Shown: positions 29,138 through 36,600 of the stretch, piece by piece
Position numbering within the stretch: the first letter of the stretch is position 1
Layout of the letters: every line of letters starts with the position of its first letter
Sequence record: SRR31156797_1024
DNA length: 39,461 nt
Direction: 5' to 3' (one strand)
Position numbers and translations under genes: made by a program
Notes under the pieces: model-generated
The model's input: the letters and a program-made list of their open reading frames with translations, nothing else
Databases searched by the model: none
What the model was told of the DNA's origin: nothing

Positions 29138-32100
29138 ATGAATATTAAAAATCATACCAGGTTGCTGATCAATGCTGTTGTTGCCATCTCTCTTTGCGGG
29201 TTAGTGCTTTCCTGTGGGGGTGGCGGCGGAGATTCCGGAAGTGCACCGGGAAAAAGCGGATCAATTACCCTTTCCGCCAGCGCTTCCAGCCTTCCCGCTG
29301 ATAACACCAGTTCCTGTATCATTACCGCGACCATTAAAGACAGCTCAGGCAGTCCGGTGCGGCACTATACGGATGTGACATTTACCACCACCCTGGGCCA
29401 TTTCAGGAACGGAAGCACCACCTACACAGTACAGACCCAGCCGCCGCTGGACTCGGACGGATTTCCCAATCCGGATGCCGGCCCCACGGGACAGGCGGAA
29501 GCGGCTCTGATTGCGGGTCTCACCGTCGGCAGCGCCAAGGTGACGGTCTCCTCCAACGGGGTCACCCAGAGCGTTTATGTGGGCATTGTCGGCAACGCCG
29601 GAAACATCACCCTGACGGCCGGTCCCGCTACCATGCCGGCTGATGGCGCATCTTCATCCATTATTACGGCCACCGTCACCGACAGCAGCGGTTCAGGGGT
29701 GACCCCCGGTACATCCGTTACCTTCAAGACGGGCCTGGGTCTCTTTCAAAACGGCCTGAAGACCTACACCATCACCACCCCGGACAACACGGGAACGGTC
29801 AGGGTTTCGCTTATTGCAGGCGTGGTTCCCGGCAATACCTATGTGGAAGCTTCCGCCAACGGCATCACCCAGGCCGCGGCCGTCAGCCTGACGCGAACCG
29901 ATCCGCTCCGGTCGGAAATCAATGTGGACGCTGATCCATTGCGGATTGCGGCGGATGGCCAGTCCACTTCCATTGTAACCGCCACCGTGACCGCTATTCC
30001 CGGGGCCACTACCACCGTCACCAACGCCACCGGCTCGCCCATTGCAGGTGTTCCCGTAACCTTTTATGACACCACTTCCTCCATCACACCTGACCCGCTG
30101 CCCACGGACAACACCTGGACGGGAACCGGTTCCTCCGAATTCGCCACCCCTGCGTTTTATGCCAGCGGCGCCATCACTTTTACCATGACCTACGTGGGGG
30201 CGGAGGCGACTAATTTTGTGGTTGTTCTATGGAAGATTGATTCGGATCCCAATACCAAGAAATTTCTGATTAACACAACCGGTCCGGTTACCGGGCAGTC
30301 TGTCACCCATACACTGGCCTCGGGAAACTACCAGTTCCAGGTTCTTGCGGACGGCTACTGGGAGATCAAGGTGGATGGTGATATTGCCACAGCAGCAACC
30401 ACGGAACCCATTGTACTGTTCATCACTCAAACTGACAGCAACGGCAAGGCCAGATACACCTATACCAGCAGCACAACCCCTGGAGTGGTCACCATCAAGG
30501 CGGAAACCGGCGAAGTAAGTAATTCCTCAGTCGCGCTCAGCGACACCATTGAAATAACCCAGACCGAAGGTCCGCCATCCAGGGTTGATGTCAAGGCGAC
30601 TCCCGCATCCACTTACGCCAACGGCCAAAACGAGATTACTATCGAGGCGGATGTCTGGGATGATAACGGCGACCCCGCGCCCGATGGTACCGTGGTCTCT
30701 TTTTCCGCCACCGCCGGAACCCTGAAAGCGACCTCTGCTACAACCATGAGCGGCAAAGCCGTTACCACCCTCGTTGCGGTGGCCAGTGCCGCCAATGTTG
30801 AATCAACGGTTACCGCCACCAGCGATGTTTATGCAGATGCCACCGTTGTAACCTTCAGGGGCGTCTCCCTGACCAATATGCAGGCCACCCCTGCCGCCAT
30901 TTTCGCCAACGGAACGGACAAATCCACCATCACCGTCCGGCTGGAGGATTCAAGCGGCGTGGCCATTGCCGGGGAGACCATTGTCTTTTCAACCACCGGC
31001 GGAACCATTGTAACCGCCGCGGCAAATACAAGTGCCGAGGGCGTCGCCACAACCGAGCTGATCGCCCCCGCCGCCACCGGTACGGCAACCGTCACCGCCA
31101 CTTACGGCGCCCTCACGGCCACCGCCGGCATTTCCTTTGAAGCATCCGGGGCCGGTTCCATTACCCTGGCGGCAGACCCCATCACCATCCCGGCGGACGG
31201 CACCAGTTCTTCCTCCATCACCGCCACCATAAAATACAGCAGCGGTAACCCGGTCCCCAAAGGGACCTCCGTTACCTTCACCACCGATCTGGGTACCTTC
31301 AGCAACGGTGCCCAAAGCTACACGGTCATCACACCCGATGATACGGGTGTTGTGTCGGTCTCCCTCACTTCCGCCACCACAGCCGGCTCCGCCAAGGTTA
31401 CGGCGACCGCCATCGATGCCTCTCAGACCGTCTATGTGGGTATGGGGGGGGCGCCCATTTCCATTGCCCTCGGGGCTTCCCCCACCACCATCCCGGCGGA
31501 CGGCGCCAGTTCCTCCACCATTACCGCCACCTTGACCGATTCCGCCGGGAACCCCGTTACACCGGGTACCTCCGTTACCTTCAGCACCACCCTGGGAACG
31601 TTCAGCAACACCTCTACCACCATTACCGTATCAACCCAGGATAACACGGGAAAAGTATCGGTGGCCCTCATAGCGGGAACCACTCCGGGCGCCGCAACCG
31701 TAACCGCCACGTCCAGCGGCGTTTCCCAGGCGGTTGAGGTGACGTTTTCCGGCTCGGCGGCGGTGGGGAGTATCGTGGTATCCGCAAACCCCGCCACCAT
31801 CCTGGCGGACGGTGCCAGTACCAGCGTCATTACGGCATTGGTCAAAACAGTGGATAACCAGGTTATTGAAGGGGCTTCCGTCACATTTACCACTACCCGG
31901 GGTTCCATTACATCTCCCCACACCACCGATGTGGGCGGCAAGGCAACGGCGACTCTCACCAGTGAGCGCTATATTGACGGCAGTGTGATGATCAAAGCCA
32001 TCTGTCAGGGGAAGGAGGCCTATACCTTTGTCTCCTTTACCGGCATTACCCTCAAACTGACGGCGGTTCCGGAAAGCCTCATTGTGGGCGATGCGGACGG

Positions 32101-33535
32101 TTCGCTCATCACGGCAACCCTCACCGATGCGGCCGGCAATCCCGTGGCCAATACGGCGGTTACATTCGCCACCGATAAAGGCGTCCTGACGCCTCCCACC
32201 CCGCAGACAACCAATGCTTCCGGGCAGGCGGTTGTAACACTTACGTCCAATGTGTCGGGAATCGCTACCGTAACGGGTACGGCCCTGGGGGCCCAGGGGG
32301 AGGTGGAGGTCAATTTCACCCGGTATGGATTCACCCTCAGTGCCGACCCCACCACCATCCGGGTGGGTGGTGAAACCAGCCAGATTACGGCTCTGCTGGA
32401 AGACCAGGGAGTTCCCAAAGCCAATCAGACCATCAATTTCAGTACCACCCTGGGTACCCTGGCGCCCTATCAGCAGCAGACGGATGCGAACGGCGAAGCC
32501 GTTGTAACCCTCACCTCCGGTGCCCAGTCCGGCATTGCGGTTCTGAATGCTACCACCACCATTACCGACGTCACGCCGTCGGTGGACCTGGCCGCCAGTG
32601 CACAGGTGGTCATCACCGGGGGGACCGCGGCCAAGATTGTGCTCACCGCGGATCCCGATATTGTTTCCATCGACACGGGTGTTTCAACCATTACGGCAAA
32701 CGTTTATGATGCCAATGATCAGCCGGCCCCGAACCAGGAAATCTACTTCCGCATCAATTCCGGGCCCGGTGGCGGCGAGTATTTGAGTGCCAGCGTCAAG
32801 ATCACCAACAGCTTTGGTATTGCCACCGTCAGTTTTTATGCCGGTTCATTGTCGAGCACTTTAAAGGGTGTTGAAATAGAAGCCAATACCGCCAATGATT
32901 TCGGCGGCAGTTTCGGCCTTGCCACATTGACCATTGCAGGCCCCGTGGCCAACATCGGCATCGGCATGAACCTCGAGACCCTGGAGCCGGACGGCGGATC
33001 ACTGAAGATAGACATTTCCGGTATCGCCACCGATGTAAACGGAAATCCCGTGGCGGACGGAACAAAACTCTATTTTGCCGTAACGGCCGTTGAGTTTGAT
33101 GAAGACAGGGCCAATGATCATACCATTGACTGCTGGGATGACAACAAGAATCCCCTGATCCCCTGCCCGGCAAAAGGGACACCCGGTTTTGGTTTCACCT
33201 GGTTCAGCGATGACGTGAACCAGGACGGTACCATGTACAGTCTGGGGGGGCCCATGTGCACCACGGAAGATGTGAACCACAACGGTATCCTGGATCCCGG
33301 CGAAGACAAGAATGACAACGGTGTCATCGATCCCATCCAGGGTACGGTCATCGACGATGTTGTGGAGACAACGGGCGGCGTGGGCAAAGCAACCCTCGTC
33401 TATCCGGCACCCCAGGCCAACAACATCAAAGTAAGAATAACGGCCGAAGCGGGCGGCGTATCCAATTTTTATGAAACCATTCTGCTGTGTACTCAGACAA
33501 TGGTTGATAACGGCACATGCGGCATCGCCTACTAG
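29138..33535 (+). CDS. Giant lipoprotein with tandem invasin/Big_1-type Ig repeats and a C-terminal domain carrying Ca-binding-like loops
   Basis: Lipobox VLSC followed by GGGGGDSGS; repeated PxxIxADGxSxSxITATxxDxxGxPV...VTFxTxLG units; C-terminal EDVNHNGILDPGEDKNDNGVIDP. GGGGAG RBS before ATG 29138. Confidence 0.88.
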   Translation: MNIKNHTRLLINAVVAISLCGLVLSCGGGGGDSGSAPGKSGSITLSASASSLPADNTSSCIITATIKDSSGSPVRHYTDVTFTTTLGHFRNGSTTYTVQTQPPLDSDGFPNPDAGPTGQAEAALIAGLTVGSAKVTVSSNGVTQSVYVGIVGNAGNITLTAGPATMPADGASSSIITATVTDSSGSGVTPGTSVTFKTGLGLFQNGLKTYTITTPDNTGTVRVSLIAGVVPGNTYVEASANGITQAAAVSLTRTDPLRSEINVDADPLRIAADGQSTSIVTATVTAIPGATTTVTNATGSPIAGVPVTFYDTTSSITPDPLPTDNTWTGTGSSEFATPAFYASGAITFTMTYVGAEATNFVVVLWKIDSDPNTKKFLINTTGPVTGQSVTHTLASGNYQFQVLADGYWEIKVDGDIATAATTEPIVLFITQTDSNGKARYTYTSSTTPGVVTIKAETGEVSNSSVALSDTIEITQTEGPPSRVDVKATPASTYANGQNEITIEADVWDDNGDPAPDGTVVSFSATAGTLKATSATTMSGKAVTTLVAVASAANVESTVTATSDVYADATVVTFRGVSLTNMQATPAAIFANGTDKSTITVRLEDSSGVAIAGETIVFSTTGGTIVTAAANTSAEGVATTELIAPAATGTATVTATYGALTATAGISFEASGAGSITLAADPITIPADGTSSSSITATIKYSSGNPVPKGTSVTFTTDLGTFSNGAQSYTVITPDDTGVVSVSLTSATTAGSAKVTATAIDASQTVYVGMGGAPISIALGASPTTIPADGASSSTITATLTDSAGNPVTPGTSVTFSTTLGTFSNTSTTITVSTQDNTGKVSVALIAGTTPGAATVTATSSGVSQAVEVTFSGSAAVGSIVVSANPATILADGASTSVITALVKTVDNQVIEGASVTFTTTRGSITSPHTTDVGGKATATLTSERYIDGSVMIKAICQGKEAYTFVSFTGITLKLTAVPESLIVGDADGSLITATLTDAAGNPVANTAVTFATDKGVLTPPTPQTTNASGQAVVTLTSNVSGIATVTGTALGAQGEVEVNFTRYGFTLSADPTTIRVGGETSQITALLEDQGVPKANQTINFSTTLGTLAPYQQQTDANGEAVVTLTSGAQSGIAVLNATTTITDVTPSVDLAASAQVVITGGTAAKIVLTADPDIVSIDTGVSTITANVYDANDQPAPNQEIYFRINSGPGGGEYLSASVKITNSFGIATVSFYAGSLSSTLKGVEIEANTANDFGGSFGLATLTIAGPVANIGIGMNLETLEPDGGSLKIDISGIATDVNGNPVADGTKLYFAVTAVEFDEDRANDHTIDCWDDNKNPLIPCPAKGTPGFGFTWFSDDVNQDGTMYSLGGPMCTTEDVNHNGILDPGEDKNDNGVIDPIQGTVIDDVVETTGGVGKATLVYPAPQANNIKVRITAEAGGVSNFYETILLCTQTMVDNGTCGIAY

Positions 33536-33661
33536 CCGGCGGGTCGGGATGATGGTGCCGGGGAACATAGGAAAAATCACTATTCCATCCGGTTCTTCTT
33601 GATAAATGTGCAAAAGGTCCACATGATACGGTGGCCTTGAAGGGCACAGGGAGGGAATCTC

Positions 33662-36600
33662 TTGAAAAAACTGCTGATAACCATGACTCTGGCCTTCGGG
33701 TTGGTTCTGTTTTCAATGCCCGCTTTTACGGATTCCGACGGAACATCAAGGGTTTCCGGAGAGGCACCCACCGAGATTCCGCCGAATGCAAACAGGGCCT
33801 GCCCGGATTGTTCCGGTGACGCTCCCATCATCACGGGGGTTACCTTTCAAACGGGAACCGATTGCATCTGTTCGGGCGCCACTTCCCTGACCATCGGCCC
33901 GGATGTAACCGTTGAAACCGGTGCGGCGGTTAGTTTCAGGTCCACAAAAATCAGCATCAGGAGCGGTACTACCATAGAGCCGGGCGCAACGGTCGACATG
34001 ATGTGGATCAAGGAGCCGGTTTCAATCGACCTGACCCGGGATCCCACCAGCATTGCCGCGGACGGCTCCAGCTATTCCATCATTACCGCCGAGTTCAAGG
34101 ACGCGGACGGAAATCCCGTTCTCAAAGGTACGTCCGTCAATTTTACGACGGATCTCGGCACATTCCCGGATGGTTCTCAGGATTACACCATCAGCACTTA
34201 CGATGAAACGGGCATCGTAACCGTATTCCTCCATGCGGGAATCACCCCCGGAACCGCCACCGTTACGGCAACCCTGGGTGCAACGTCCGAACAGGTGCAG
34301 GTGACCATTTACAGCAAGGAACCGGCTGAGATTGTTTTGGAGGCCGACCCATCCACCTTGAATGCGGACGGGACCGGTACCAGTACGGTCCGCGCTTCCG
34401 TCACCGACGCAACGGGAAGTCCGGTGACTGACGGCACCTCCATTGCTTTCAGCATGACCGTGGGCACGGGAAGTCTTTCAGCTGCCAGCGCCGTCACGGC
34501 CGGCGGTATCGCCACGGTAACCTACACCGCTTCCACCACCGCCGGAATAGAAACCGTAAAGGCCGAGGCCTCAAACGGCGTGACGGATACCTTTGATATC
34601 ACGCTTATGGGGACACCCGACCCCGCCGATTTTGCCCTCTCCACAAGCCAAACCACCATCAAATCCGATAATTCGGAGACAGCGACCATCACCGCGACGG
34701 TGGTCGACGGCAATAATGCCAGTTTTCCCGGCGCCACGGTTTCTTTTTCTTCCGACGGTGGTCAGCTCAGTGCATCTTCGGCCGTAACGGACGATACGGG
34801 GCAGGCGAGCATTACCATCTCTTCGGGCAGCATCAACAAAAGCAACCGGGTCATTACCATTACCGCAACCATTGCGAATTTAGGTTCCGAAACCATTCCG
34901 GTACAGGTGATCGGATCCACCCTCGAAAAAACAACGGACAAAACCACCATAACCGATGACAACACAACGGTTGCCGAACTGACCCTGACAGCCAAGGATG
35001 CCGGTGGGATAGCTGTTTTCAACACGCAGATCACATTTTCATTCGGCCCGGATGATACGGGAACCGCCACCATAACCCCGGTAAACCCCGCCACATACCC
35101 CTATACGGACGTCTCCGGACAATTAAAGGTCATTGTAACGGGTGTAACAGCCGGTTCGGTAACGGTGATTGCCGGTGGATTGGGCACCACCGCCACCCAG
35201 GCCTATACCGTCAGTGCCGTGGGGACTGAATTCGCCGTGGTGAGCCCTTCTTCCGATCCTTTCAGCGCAAGCATCCGAAATGTCGCCACCCTGGCCACCA
35301 CACCCAACAATATCTCCATCGCCTTCGTTGACGGCGATCCCGATACCATTACCCGTTCCGATGGAAATTCCTTCATTGTGGACGGGTACGTGGCCGGCGA
35401 TACCATCATGGTTGGCGGATCCACCCATAATGACGGCGCATATACCGTCCAGACCGTCATTGCCGACACCCTTACACTTGCCAATACCGATACGCTCACC
35501 CCGGAAGGGGCCGGAGAAACGGTTACCATCACCAACGGCGTACTGGTGCGGGTTCGCGCCTTTGACCAGACCCAGGTCTCTTTTTCCACAACCATCGGCG
35601 TATGGGACGGCGGTGTTTCGGCAGTCACCGCCAAAGCCGTTCCCGCCTCGGGTTATGTATGGAGCGTCCTCACGGCGGATGCGGCCGGTTCCGCCACCGT
35701 CCAGGTCTACGATACCGACAATACCGCCGTTTCGGACAGTACCACGGTGGTTTTTTCCGCACCATCCGTCGATGCCGCAAAGCTGAACCTTCAGGCAAAC
35801 ACCTATGTCCTGGCGCCGAGCACCGGCGATATTAAAAATACGGCAACCTTGACCGCAACGGTCAGGTCCGCCCTGGGGCAGGTGGTGGGAAATGCCCCCG
35901 TGGTATTCTCCATCAATAATACCACCGGCGGTGGTGAGACCGTATCGCCGGTAGTCGTCCTCACGGACAGTTCGGGCGTTGCCAACACCACATTCACATC
36001 AGGATCGTTAAGCACGGGGGCCGAAGGCGTCGAAATTACGGCAACCGTATTGAACGAGGGGCAGACGGTCAAGAACACATCTATTTCATTTTCCGATAAT
36101 TATCCGTCTCCTTGCACCATCAGTCGAAGCGACGGCGGGTCATTTATCGCCGACGGATTTGAAAGTGGAGAAGAGATCCGGGTAGCGGGATCTCTTGTTA
36201 ACGACGGCTATTATATTATCGCTTCCGTGACGGCATTGACCCTCACGCTTCACGGCGAAGAGAGGCTCAATGAGGAACCTGCCGGGGCCGAGGTTACCAT
36301 TACCGCCGTAACCGGTTCAATCAACATAACAATCGGCGGGACCCCCGGCTCCGTGGTCATCGGCAGGGGCTCCACGGTTTATGAGGTGGACGACGCCACC
36401 TACAGGCTCCCCATGTCGGTACTGGTTGCCGACTCCAACGGGAATCCCGTACCGGGGGCCCTGGTAAGTCTGAGTGCATGGCCGGCTCAGTATTCATCGG
36501 GGGTCTGGTACGATCGCAACCCCAACGGGACCGTCCGAAATTTCGATACCTATTTTACACGGACTTCCATTAATGAGGACATTAACGAGAACATGATCCT

